The notes under the pieces are model-generated. The model was not told the DNA's origin. It made no database searches and worked only from the letters and a program-made list of their open reading frames with translations. This document shows, one piece after another, positions 1-12,759 of a DNA stretch of 64,000 bases. The position numbers and the translations under genes are program-made. Within the stretch, counting starts at the first letter, position 1, and each line of letters begins with the position of its first letter. Source of the DNA: Piromyces finnis finn (taxonomy: Eukaryota > Fungi > Neocallimastigomycota); assembly GCA_002104945.1 (NCBI GenBank), contig MCFH01000077.1, positions 152,874 through 216,873 on the forward strand, read 5' to 3'.

Positions 1-804
1 GATAATAATGGATGGCATGTTAAAGATTATACTATGGAAAAACTTGATGAAGACCATAATGATCCAAACAAATGGAATTGGACTCACTTCAAGGAATTCA
101 GGGGATATACAAGGGTTTCTCCAGAAAGCCTTGAAGACTCATTAAATGATTATAAAGAAGTCAATCGTTACTTTAATAATAAATCATATAATCTTTTTTG
201 TAACAATTGCCATGATTTTGTAAAATGGTGTTTAGAGATTATTACTATGGGTAAACGTCTTGTAGAACCAGAATCCATTAATATTATAAAAGACAATTAT
301 ACATTTAATACAAATGAAATTGACAATAAAAAAGCAGCCGAAAATATAAATACTATTATTAGTGATATACATAAAAAATTTCGTGCAAAAGGAAGTGGTG
401 TAATAGATATTTTAAAGGTAGAATTAATTTACTATTTCCTTGTAAACATAGGATTTAAAAATAACGACATCATAAATATTAAATATAATGATCATGAAAT
501 ATGCGCTGGATTGGATTATATAAATCTTCTTAGAGAAAAGAATTACAATGACGTTTGTAAAAGCTATGATTATAGTGGACTTATAAATTCTAAAGCCACT
601 ATTAATGGTAAATTTATCACATCAAGTGAAAACTTTTCTAATTTTATTTTCGACAACGATTTATGTTTAGAATTAAATTCTAGCGATATAGTTGATAAAT
701 CCGATGATATCAATGGAACTGAAAACTTTAATGATATTACTTTCACAAACATTTTTATTATATTTACATCAGTCATATTCTTGGAATTATTCAATTTATA
801 CTAG
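1..804 (+). CDS. Partial ORF, permuted papain-like (LRAT/PPPDE/NlpC-P60) thiol enzyme-like C-terminal half with hydrophobic C-terminal tail
   Basis: Frame 1 is open from base 1 (DNNGWHVKDYT-MEK...), so the gene begins left of the window. The motif YNLFCNNCHDFV matches the Y-x-L-x2-NNC-x2-F catalytic-Cys motif of the LRAT/PPPDE families. It ends in the hydrophobic segment ITFTNIFIIFTSVIFLELF. The catalytic His was not located. Confidence 0.5.
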   Translation, partial: DNNGWHVKDYTMEKLDEDHNDPNKWNWTHFKEFRGYTRVSPESLEDSLNDYKEVNRYFNNKSYNLFCNNCHDFVKWCLEIITMGKRLVEPESINIIKDNYTFNTNEIDNKKAAENINTIISDIHKKFRAKGSGVIDILKVELIYYFLVNIGFKNNDIINIKYNDHEICAGLDYINLLREKNYNDVCKSYDYSGLINSKATINGKFITSSENFSNFIFDNDLCLELNSSDIVDKSDDINGTENFNDITFTNIFIIFTSVIFLELFNLY

Positions 805-1794
805 AAATCCTTAATTTCGTCAACTTTATAATATAAAGCCATTATAATTTCTACACATATATATAATTTTAAATAATCATCTATTAATATACACATTTCA
901 TAAAAATTACACTTTAATGTATTTATAACACATAATCTAAATTCTAAATTCATTTGATTTTATTACATACATAATATACTTGATTACAAATTATATTTAT
1001 CCTTACATAACATTATTATTTGTAATATTCAAATAAATCCTCATACATTGCACCAAGAAATACTTAATTCAACTACTTAGTTTGAAACATAAATAATTAA
1101 AATATATATTAACAAATTATACATAACAAATTAATTCGAATATATTTAATAGTTACTGCTTTTCTACAAAGCGGATATTCGAAAGAGGATGTCATTTAAT
1201 AAATTTACATAATAAATAAAAAATGCTAATACAAAAATAGCATATATAAGATATTACAATAATAGTAATAATAAAACAGACTCCTCATATACTTAATTAC
1301 CTATATGTTTCAACTACTATGATTTATACGCAACAATTATGAGTGCATTTAACTATTCAAATTACAAATCAAAATATTCTTAGAATAAAATATTTAGATT
1401 TGAGGGGGAAGAATAACCACGATAGTTAAATATAAAACATATATTAACAACTAGTCAATAAATACAAATAGTTAGGATAATATAGTACGTCACGTAATTA
1501 CTCAAAGAAATAATACAAGAAAACACAATAAGAAAAATTATCCAAAATAAACCAAATATTATAATACTACGAAAAACAATTAAAACACATAATTTACAAC
1601 TTTAAGTTGATAATAAATTAATAACAAATATTTTACTAAAATGCTAAGTTTATAATCCATAATATAAAACATATAAAATAATACCCAAAATTAAGGTTTA
1701 AAGTTTTATCCTAAGAAAAAACGAAATATAATAGGTTTAACAGTTTATCCAGAAAACTAAGTATAAAATCAAGTTTAATAAAATATAATTAAAT

Positions 1795-2005
1795 GACGTA
1801 AAACCAAAGAGTAGTCATAAATAATAAAGACGTAAAACCTATGAGTAAACCAAAGTGTTGTCACAAACAATAAAGACGTAAAACCCATGAGTAAACCTAA
1901 AGTGTTGTCATAAATTAATAATAGGATGATGTAAAACCATAAAAGTATTCAATCCTTAAAACATATAATAGGATGGTGTAAATCCAAATGAGTATCCAAT
2001 CCAAA
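1795..2005. repeat. Degenerate tandem repeat, about 5 copies of a 33-50 bp unit
   Basis: Units begin GACGTAAAACC or GATGTAAAACC at about 1796, 1829, 1875, 1928 and 1974 and share ATGAGTAAACC and GTGTTGTCA blocks. Confidence 0.7.
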
Positions 2006-3318
2006 TAATTATTTTAAACTTGAATTATTAAATTACATATTTTAAAGGTTTAGTTGTTTTATCCACTAAAAAGCAATATATAATATAACACATAAATATG
2101 GGTAATAATATAATTCTTGTAATTATATAAATTCAGGATATATCTAGCAAAATAGTAATAATATAGTTTAATCATTTAGAAATCAATCATTAAAATGGTG
2201 AATTAAAATTTTAATAGTATAAAATAGTTAGATAATATAGAACATAATAATAGTAGCACATATTCACCAGTAAACCAAATTATTCCTGAAGAATAATTAG
2301 GTTTAAGGGGGAATGTTAGAATATGTGTAACGTGATAAGTTTATAATATACTATGTAATATGTGTCAAACACATTGAAATTTATTTGTACTACATTAAAT
2401 ACATAAGCCATAATTGTAAATCATATAAATACATGTAATTTCACATAATGTAAACATTAGAGTCTTTAGAACAAATATCCTCATGTAATTCTTAATAATA
2501 AAATACATTAATAAAGTTGACATATTCATAAAACCCAATTAACCAAAATGTTAATAATAAGAAACATTATATATTTTATTTTACGTTTGTATTTTATATT
2601 TTTGTATCGTATCTTGAAATAACTTATAGAAACAATTAGAAAATATAAATACATATTAGGACAATCGGATATTAAAGTTTTTCCGAATTTTAATCGGTTT
2701 TACTTAATATTACGATGATTGATATATTAGTTATCAATCGAATATCTTTTTAGGTTTTTCTTCTAGTCTTTTCCTAAAAAGATTATTTGTTAAGATTAGA
2801 AATTCTTTATTAAACTTTAAATTATCAAAAAATTATAAATATAAGGACTCTGGAATTCCACTAAAGAATCCAGAGTTATTATTTTAAGACAATTATAATA
2901 AATAACCCTTTCAAAAACTATATTCATAAAAAATATTTACATTAAAGATAGTCTTAATATTTTGTGCTTGTTATTATAATTCACTTATAATAAACTCTTT
3001 AAGATAAGTATTCATTTTTATTTACTATTAAGAAACTTCTCAATTTAATAATACATATTACGATTTGTATTATTATGTTAAGTTTTTGGATTTGGTTATG
3101 CGACCAGGTCAGAATGTTATCAATTATATAGTAAATATGTTTTTAAGAAATTAAATTTAAATATAAAATAACTCTTTAAACTTCCAAATGAGAAATTAAT
3201 ATTTATTCTTTAGAATAACTTTTTTATAAAATTTTATTTATTTAGTAATAATAATATAAATGATAATATATTTAATAACTATATAATTAAGATTATAACT
3301 ATAATCTTTACAAAGAAT

Positions 3319-4072
3319 TAAAATCGAATTCAATTCATTCTATTTTATATTCTTTGTTCAGATTATTAAATTGATAAAAATAAAGTATTACATGTAATAT
3401 GTTAATAATATAATAAGATTGTTTGTTTGTTTGTTTGTTTGTTTTGTCATGACATAAAATAAAATAAACATATGATTAATCATTTAAACACTTGATCCAT
3501 TAACCTATTTTATAATAATTAAAATTATTTAATTTATAAATGTTAACCGTTACACCTAAATGGTTTAGTTCTATTTTTAGTAACAGTCACTATCATTAAT
3601 TAAATTAATATAATTAGAATTTCTATTGATATCTTTTTAATTTTCGTCAAGTCATAAGAAATGTCTATGATCCATACTTGATATCATATTGATTTTAATT
3701 TACTTATTAAAATCTTCAAATGATCATATCTTCCTTAAATGACCAGTTAGAAGGACCGCGATTGTACCAAAATGTAGCTTTTTCCTTAAGCTTTCTAATA
3801 AACCTGGTTTCACAACCGTAGCACTTACAGCCGTAGCGATCGTTTTTGGCGAGTTACACCTTGTTTCGTGTTTGTTTATTTTTGGTTAAGGGTTATAGTG
3901 TATTGATATTAAATTTTTTGAAATCATAACCCTTTCACTGAACCAAAATTTAAAAGGTGACTTTTAAAGGTGTTTTAAAATAATTATTGGGATTATTTAA
4001 TTCTAATTATTATGTTTAATTAATTATAGATATTATCTGAATTTGTTTTAAATCCAGTTAATATCTTCACAT
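3319..4072. repeat. Duplicated non-coding block (tRNA-locus upstream flank), copy 1; copy 2 at 59773-60469
   Basis: Collinear similarity from TAAAATCGAATTCAATTCATTC to TTAATATCTTCACAT in both places, including the GC-richer island GACCAGTTAGAAGGACC...TTTTTGGCGAGTTA. Confidence 0.85.
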
Positions 4073-4745
4073 ATTATATTGTAGATAATAATTATTATTA
4101 AATATATAATAATTATTACATTGAAAATTGTCACAATAACATATATAAAAATTTAAAAAATTTGGACACATGGAAAAAATTAAAAATTTTTTTAAAATTT
4201 GAAAATTTGAAAATTTGAAAAAATTTATTTTTTAAATTTTTATTAAAAAATTTCAAATTATAAAATTTCTAATATTTGAAATTATTAAATTTTTAAAATT
4301 ATTAAAATTTTATTATTAAAAATTTTATTTTAAATTTATTAACTATTTACAATAATTATATTAATTATTAATTTATAAAAATTAAATATTTTATAATTAG
4401 ACAATAATTAATTAAAATTAAAAAATGTAATAATTAAAATTGTTCATGTATAAAAAGAACAAAAATTGACAAAAATTACGAAGCTTTAGCGTTAGTAATT
4501 TTTTAACCTAAAGTTAATAAAATTTATAAACTCCTATAAAACCTAAAACTTTAAAAATTTTAATATTTTTAATAACTTAATATATGCTGATATTAAGTTA
4601 TTGCTAAAATAAAAATATTATTTAAATTTCTTTATATAAATATTATTAGCTTTACGCCTTCAATAGGAAAGCGTATTATATTTATTAATTAATATAACTA
4701 GTGTGCTTACCACACTTTTCTTTAATAAAAAATCGCTTTTTGACA

Positions 4746-4756
4746 TTACTAACGCT
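4746..4756 (+). promoter_or_regulatory. Self-priming PBS of family A (TTACTAACGCT)
   Basis: It abuts the LTR end and is the exact reverse complement of AGCGTTAGTAA at 4488-4498 inside the LTR, about 35 bp downstream of TATAAAA (4449-4455). There is no TGG tRNA-type PBS. Confidence 0.85.
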
Positions 4757-4826
4757 TATTATAAAAGTGCGCTAAGCACCAATTAGTTAGTAATTATTAA
4801 TAACTAAATATAATAATTAAAGTTTA

Positions 4827-7800
4827 ATGGAAAAATCTCCACTTACACCTATTAAAGTGGATACAAAAGAATTTTTTAACCGCCTACAAACTACCAAGAG
4901 AGAACGTTCCCCAGGAAATACTCCCGTAAGAAAATCAAAGATGCCTAATCATTCCGGACAAACTAATGCTTCTACGAGTAATCCTACTCAGAAGCCAACT
5001 ACTAATGAGGATCTCAAGGCCCTCATTGAGTCTTTAACTGCTACCTTAACTGGGAATATCAATCAGTTAAAGGTTGATATTCAAGCTACCAGAAGGGAAA
5101 ACGAAAGTCTCAATGATCGTTTGACTGTTTTGGAAAACTCTACTCAAGTTATTATGGGTAAGATGACTACCTTAGAAGTCAACGATGCTAGGAAAGACAA
5201 TCAACTCGCTGATATCAAAGCTCATATCAGCAAAGCTACTCAAAGAGTTGATGAGTTGTCTACTCCCGTTACTCCTTCTGCTGCTACCCCTCACGAACCT
5301 GACGGTGACGTCATCATGGGAGATGCTTCGCCTCCAAACGTCGCTGAAAAAATGCTTTCTTACTCAGGAGAAAGTATTCAACTACGCAGATTCATCCGTC
5401 GATGCGAACACCACTTCTTAAGACACATCAAGTTCTATGGAAACAATGAAGCTATGAAAGTAAACTTCATTGAAGATTGTCTTACTGGTGATGCTGCAGA
5501 TTGGTACGATGTTGAACAAGCAGACTTCCAGGAATCTCATCCGAATAGAAAGGTTCTTTACGAAGCTTTGAGTAAGAGATTCCTTAACCCGAAGGATATC
5601 AACATCACCAAAATCGACCTGATGAAGCTCAGACATAGTTGGGGAAAAGCTTCCGAATACTTAGGAAAATTCTCCCAATATGTCAAATTAATTGGATGTT
5701 CCGAAGACATTCAATTAACCATCATGCTTTTCCAAGTTAGACCTACCGTGAACCACGCCTTTAGTAAATTAACTTCGGATAGACAGACGTTAGAAGAACT
5801 GAAGAATCTTCTAATCAAATATGATGCTTCCAAGGATACTTATTACGATGATACTTTGGAAAGACAAGCTAACTACAAGGACAAAGAGCCCTTAATAGCT
5901 AATTTATTAGGTATTCATGGCAGTCTTTATTCCAAGAACCCTAACAAGACTAACAATCGTAATAACAACCAAAGGAATAACAATAACAACAACCGCCCGT
6001 CTAACCAAAAAGGAAAAGGCTCCAGTAACTTGGATAGCAAGTCTAGTACCCAAAATCCCAATAAAAGTACTAAACCTAATAATGGTACTTCATACTCCAG
6101 CTATCTCTGTGAAGTAGAAGAGCAAGATATCTTAGAGCTACCAAATCCTGATCCGGAGAAGTATCCCATCGTGAAGACTAGTGTAAAAACTTCTAAAGGA
6201 TCTAGACAGGTTATCACTTCGTCTCTCTTAGATTCCGGCTCTACTACCAATGTAATCCATATGGATTTAGTGAAGAAACTAGGAATTAAGACCATACCAG
6301 CTGATACTGTTGTAAAGGTCATGGGAGGTAATGTCCTAATGCATTACATCACAGAAGAGTTCAACATTGTAATGAACTTATCTTCTTTAGGAGGAACCCG
6401 AGAAGAGGTTCGTCAATACAAACTTCGATGCCACGTAGCTGATCAGCTTCCTTCTTCGATTCTCCTAGGTTCTAAGTTCATGAAAACCAACTTCTTCTGT
6501 ATCTTAACACAACCTGACCATTCCTTTACAGTTAAAATTGGTCCTGTTCCTTTCTCCAACCATAATGGATCTGAGATTAAATCTCCTAACTTTAGGAATG
6601 ATTTGAAGAAATCTACACCTCTTCATGAAGTTATGTTTATCACAGAACTCGAAGACTCAAATCTGGATAAATCAACTTCCATTCCAACAGAAACAGTCTT
6701 CATAGCCGATGATCAGAATCCTGAACTAGTAGAATCTATCAACGGTATACCTTTGGAATATGAAGATTTATATGAAGCCTTCAATGAAGAACGAGCCGAT
6801 GAACTTCCTGAACATCGTGTATATGATTGTTCTATCGATTTGAAACCTAATGCTTCATTATTTTATGGGCCAATTTATCCAACTACTCCTACTGAACGTC
6901 AATTTATTAAGGAGTATATTGAAGAAAACTTGAATAAAGGATTCATTAGAAAATCCCGATCTCCTGCTGGACATCCAGTTCTACTCCAAGATAAGAAGGA
7001 TGGTAGTCTCAGATTTTGCGTTGACTATCGCAAGCTCAACGACCAAACTATCAAGAATGCCTATCCGCTACCTTTAATCCTATCAGTCTTTGAATCAATG
7101 AAAGGTGCTAACTATTTCACTAAGTTAGACCTCAAGTCAGCTTATAATTTAATTAGGATTAAAGAAGGTGACGAATACAAGACTGCATTCAGGACGGCAT
7201 TTGGTCACTTTGAGTACTTAGTCATGCCTTTTGGACTAACTAATGCTCCTGCAGTTTTCCAAGCTTTCATTAATGATATCTTTAGTGATCAAATTAATAA
7301 GTACGTTCAAGTGTACTTGGATGATATCATTATCTACTCCAAGACCCTTGAAGAACATGTTCAACATGTTAGAAATGTTCTTCAATTAATCATTGAAAAC
7401 AACTTAGTTGCGAAACTCAAAAAATGTGAGTTTCACAAAGCTGAAATCGAATTTTTGGGTCACGTAATCAGTAAGGAGGGAATCAAAACTGATCCTCACA
7501 AAATTGAAGCAGTTAAGAACTGGCCTATCCCCACTACTGTGAAAGAAGTTCAGTCCTTCTTAGGGTTATGCAATTACTACCGTCGCTTTATCTCTAACTT
7601 TTCTAAAATTGCAAAACCATTATACAACTTAACTAAGAAAGGCGTCACTTTCATATGGACAGACGAGTGTAATAGAGCATTTAATCAACTTAAAGAATTT
7701 CTTACTTCAGCTCCAGTTTTACTTTGTCCTGATCACGATAAACCATTCATAGTTGAATGTGACGCAAGTGACTTTGCTATCGGGGGAGTACTTTCACAAA

Positions 7801-9710
7801 AAGGTGATGATGGAGACCTGCATCCAGTTTATTACTTTTCTAAAACCCTTCATGATGCAGAACTTAATTACTCTATCACCGAAAAGGAACTCTTAGCAAT
7901 TCGTCAAGCTTTTATCGAATGGCGTCACTTACTTCAAGGTGCAAAATATCCTATTACCGTTTATTCAGACCATCGAAACTTGCTTTTTGCTACCAAACCG
8001 CAACTTCTATCCCAAAGACAAGCTCGTTGGCAAGAATACTTTGCTACCTTTGATTTCAAGATTATCTATCGACCAGGAAAGAAAAATGGTAAAGCTGATG
8101 CTCTCTCTCGTAGATCCGACCATATGCTCACAGTTGGTAAGGATATAAGTGAATCATCCTTACTTAAACCAACTCAATTAGAAGGATTCAACGAAGATGA
8201 ATGCTACTTCTCTATGGAAACTAGCTTCATTGACGACATTAAGCAGTGCTACCTTCAAGATGAAACCGCTTGTCAGATTCTTAAGGATCTTGAAGTTCCA
8301 AATAGTGATCATCCTTGGATTCTTCAAGATGGCCTTTTAATAAGAACCAAACATCCGGAGCAAGTATATGTTCCAAGTCAACTAAGACTCTTAGTTATTA
8401 AGCTCAACCATGATGCACCCACTGCCGGTCACTTGGGAGTCGATAAGACTTATGACATTCTTAAACGTAATTTCTATTGGGTTAATATGCGTCAAGATGT
8501 CGAGTCTTATATTCGAAGCTGTAGTGTATGCAAGGCAATGAAAACCGATCACCATGCTCCTTATGGTAATATGATCCGTGTCCCTCTTCCGGAACTTCCA
8601 TGGCAACACCTACAAATGGACTTTATCACGGACTTACCATCAAGACCTTGTAACTCTACCTTACCATTCGACTCTACCAATCCGAACCACCATCAAGGTA
8701 CCATAATGGTTACTACTTGCTACTTAACTAAGATGATACACTTAGTTGGGTTCAAACATTTACCCACTGCTAAGGAAACTGCTACTGCTTTTCTTAACCA
8801 TATTTTCAAACTGCACGGATTCCCCTTATCTATTGTTACAGACCGTGGTACTCAGTTCGAAAGTCGTCTTTGGTCCCACTTGATGGAATTCTTTAATATC
8901 GATCACCACTCTGCTACTACTGGCCATCACCGCACTGTTGGACAAGTAGAACGTAACAACGACTACGTTGAAACTTATCTTCGTTGCTACTTAGCTCAAT
9001 TTGATGATCTCAGTTGGATGGATCATTTGTACTTAGCTGAATTTTGCTACAACAATTCCATCCATGCTTCCACCAAACAACCACCATTTCTCTCTGTTTA
9101 TAATTATCAAGTTCACGCAAACCCACAAGTTGCAGACCTTGTTTCTTCTTTAGGACTTCATCCCCTCATCGATAGCTTCTCCCATAACTTAGCTGACCTT
9201 AAGCATACTCTCGAAGTCAGTCGTACCCGTTATCTCGATGAAAAGGATAAGCACCTTTATCACAACTTTAAGCGCTTCAAGGTCCACGATCTTGTTTGGC
9301 TTCGCAAACCCGCTAATTATCATCCTCCATTAGCGTTCAAGCTCCAATCCCGCAAGTATGGTCCATACAAGGTCACTGGTGTCGATGAATCTAAGCTCAA
9401 CTACCGCCTTGATTTATCTACCTCACCTTTCCCTCGTGTCTACCCCGTATTCCACATCAGTGAACTCGAACCATATCATCCCACTCCTCACCATCTATTG
9501 CTCAACCATCCCAACTCCAATGAAATCACCAAGATCCTTAGTTCTCGTAAATCGGGTCATTTTTACGAGTACTTAGTCACTTTTACTGACTTATCTCAAC
9601 GTTGGATCAATGCTGACATCATTGATAAGGATGACTACTACAGCACCCTTTTAGCTGATTACCAATGTCGCGCTTACCAACAATTCACCAATTCCGTCCC
9701 AGATTCTTAA
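4827..9710 (+). CDS. Gag-Pol polyprotein (Gag-PR-RT-RNaseH-IN-chromo-like), family A1
   Basis: Gag capsid-like region with no CCHC. Protease LLDSGS, RT FCVDYRKLN...YLDDIIIYS, RNase H VECDASDFAIG, integrase H-x6-H/CSVC, VTDRGTQF and YGPY, then the chromo-like tail EITKILSSRK...EYLVTF...RWI. Confidence 0.97.
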   Translation: MEKSPLTPIKVDTKEFFNRLQTTKRERSPGNTPVRKSKMPNHSGQTNASTSNPTQKPTTNEDLKALIESLTATLTGNINQLKVDIQATRRENESLNDRLTVLENSTQVIMGKMTTLEVNDARKDNQLADIKAHISKATQRVDELSTPVTPSAATPHEPDGDVIMGDASPPNVAEKMLSYSGESIQLRRFIRRCEHHFLRHIKFYGNNEAMKVNFIEDCLTGDAADWYDVEQADFQESHPNRKVLYEALSKRFLNPKDINITKIDLMKLRHSWGKASEYLGKFSQYVKLIGCSEDIQLTIMLFQVRPTVNHAFSKLTSDRQTLEELKNLLIKYDASKDTYYDDTLERQANYKDKEPLIANLLGIHGSLYSKNPNKTNNRNNNQRNNNNNNRPSNQKGKGSSNLDSKSSTQNPNKSTKPNNGTSYSSYLCEVEEQDILELPNPDPEKYPIVKTSVKTSKGSRQVITSSLLDSGSTTNVIHMDLVKKLGIKTIPADTVVKVMGGNVLMHYITEEFNIVMNLSSLGGTREEVRQYKLRCHVADQLPSSILLGSKFMKTNFFCILTQPDHSFTVKIGPVPFSNHNGSEIKSPNFRNDLKKSTPLHEVMFITELEDSNLDKSTSIPTETVFIADDQNPELVESINGIPLEYEDLYEAFNEERADELPEHRVYDCSIDLKPNASLFYGPIYPTTPTERQFIKEYIEENLNKGFIRKSRSPAGHPVLLQDKKDGSLRFCVDYRKLNDQTIKNAYPLPLILSVFESMKGANYFTKLDLKSAYNLIRIKEGDEYKTAFRTAFGHFEYLVMPFGLTNAPAVFQAFINDIFSDQINKYVQVYLDDIIIYSKTLEEHVQHVRNVLQLIIENNLVAKLKKCEFHKAEIEFLGHVISKEGIKTDPHKIEAVKNWPIPTTVKEVQSFLGLCNYYRRFISNFSKIAKPLYNLTKKGVTFIWTDECNRAFNQLKEFLTSAPVLLCPDHDKPFIVECDASDFAIGGVLSQKGDDGDLHPVYYFSKTLHDAELNYSITEKELLAIRQAFIEWRHLLQGAKYPITVYSDHRNLLFATKPQLLSQRQARWQEYFATFDFKIIYRPGKKNGKADALSRRSDHMLTVGKDISESSLLKPTQLEGFNEDECYFSMETSFIDDIKQCYLQDETACQILKDLEVPNSDHPWILQDGLLIRTKHPEQVYVPSQLRLLVIKLNHDAPTAGHLGVDKTYDILKRNFYWVNMRQDVESYIRSCSVCKAMKTDHHAPYGNMIRVPLPELPWQHLQMDFITDLPSRPCNSTLPFDSTNPNHHQGTIMVTTCYLTKMIHLVGFKHLPTAKETATAFLNHIFKLHGFPLSIVTDRGTQFESRLWSHLMEFFNIDHHSATTGHHRTVGQVERNNDYVETYLRCYLAQFDDLSWMDHLYLAEFCYNNSIHASTKQPPFLSVYNYQVHANPQVADLVSSLGLHPLIDSFSHNLADLKHTLEVSRTRYLDEKDKHLYHNFKRFKVHDLVWLRKPANYHPPLAFKLQSRKYGPYKVTGVDESKLNYRLDLSTSPFPRVYPVFHISELEPYHPTPHHLLLNHPNSNEITKILSSRKSGHFYEYLVTFTDLSQRWINADIIDKDDYYSTLLADYQCRAYQQFTNSVPDS

Positions 9711-10832
9711 TCTGGACCCCACTTATTAGTATCCCACCTACTAGTGTCTACCACCCTTACTCCTTCACTACCCACCTATCGCCACTACCCCACCTACTAC
9801 CCACAACTCCGCTACCCACTAGTCGCCACCACTACAACTACCAACCACTATTCCGCTACCCAACCACCCTCTTTCGCCTTTGCCCTCAACCCTCAAATTT
9901 CGCAACCTTTTCCGCACCCCAAAATCCGCTTCCCCTCGAGTCATATCATTTCCCTAACCTTCACGTGTAGTCTCCATTTCTGAAGAATCCACGTGATTCC
10001 CTCTCAACTTTTCTTGAACACTTTTACACTTCACTTTTTCAACACTTAGATTTTTTCAAAAATTGAGAATTTTCAAAAAATGGAAATTCTCAAAATTTTT
10101 CTAAGTGTCGTGGAAGTGTCCATGTCCAAATTATTATGACGTGCCAGTGTCCATAATTTTTTGGGTCGTCCGGCGAAACGACCCTTAGGACGGGCAGTGT
10201 CACAATAACATATATAAAAATTTAAAAAATTTGGACACATGGAAAAAATTAAAAATTTTTTTTAAAATTTGAAAATTTGAAAATTTGAAAAAATTTATTT
10301 TTTAAATTTTTATTAAAAAATTTCAAAGTATAAAATTTCTAATATTTGAAATTATTAAATTTTTTAAAATTATTAAAATTTTATTATTAAAAATTTTATT
10401 TTAAATTTATTTATTAACTATTTACAATAATTATATTAATTATTAATTTATAAAAATTAAATATTTTATAATTAGATAATAATTAATTAAAATTAAAAAA
10501 TGTAATAATTAAAATTGTTCATGTATAAAAAGAACAAAAATTGACAAAAATTACAAAGCTTTAGCGTTAGTAATTTTTTAACCTAAAGTTAATAAAATTT
10601 ATAAACTCCTATAAAACCTAAAACTTTAAAAATTTTAATATTTTTAATAACTTAATATATGCTGATATTAAGTTATTGCTAAAATAAAAATATTATTTAA
10701 ATTTCTTTATATAAATATTATTAGCTTTACGCCTTCAATAGGAAAGCGTATTATATTTGTTAATTAATATAACTAGTGTGCTTACCACACTTTTCTTTAA
10801 TAAAAAATCGCTTTTTGACAAAAATTGAGAAT

Positions 10833-10904
10833 GGGGTGTTAGCTCAGCGGTAGAGCAATTGACTGCAGATCAATAGGTCTTCGGTTCAAATCCGGAACGC
10901 CCCT
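10833..10904 (+). tRNA. tRNA-Cys(GCA)
   Basis: Full cloverleaf: acceptor GGGGTGT/ACGCCCC, anticodon arm ATTGA-CTGCAGA-TCAAT, T arm TTCGG-TTCAAAT-CCGGA. A-box and B-box are intact and a T-run terminator follows at about 10919-10929. Confidence 0.97.
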
Positions 10905-10964
10905 TAATTTTAATTTTGGTTTTTTTTTTCGTTTTATCAAAGTAATAATTTTATTTTATTAAAG

Positions 10965-12520
<1,556 letters not shown>

Positions 12521-12759
12521 TAATAGTAAAATTTTGATCTTTGGCTCAATATCCCATTGGAAGTCAAATACAATTATTGTACTTTAATATAATAGTGGCC
12601 TTCTTACTTTAATTAAAATGACTCGAATACATTATACCCAATTTTTATTCATTTGTGTTTATTTAAACATATTTTTTTTATTTTTATTTTTATTTTTAAT
12701 TTTTTATATTACATATATTATAATTTTAATTAAATTAATAATAAAGTTTAAAAATATTT

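Larger units (their letters stand above)
4129..10820 (+). mobile_element. Full-length Ty3/gypsy LTR retrotransposon, family A copy 1 (Tf1-like, self-priming)
   Basis: LTRs at 4129-4745 and 10198-10820 with TGTCA...TGACA termini. 5-bp TSD AAAAT (4124-4128 and 10821-10825). Single gag-pol ORF. The two LTRs differ by a few substitutions and indels. Confidence 0.97.

Noticed and set aside
2304-2700. Copia-like PPT (AAGGGGGAA) followed by TGTTAGA, a possible LTR
   Set aside because: No matching CA terminus, partner LTR, TSD or coding remnant could be found.
3840-3870. TGGCGAGTTA as a PBS in the duplicated flank
   Set aside because: It is not preceded by a CA-ending LTR and there is no downstream gag.
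5185-9983. Short overlapping and antisense ORFs (60-110 aa) in the ORF track, including 9665-9983 and the equivalents in A2, B, C, H and I
   Set aside because: They are shadows of the long polyproteins or low-complexity UTR with no motifs. No env-like third ORF is supported.
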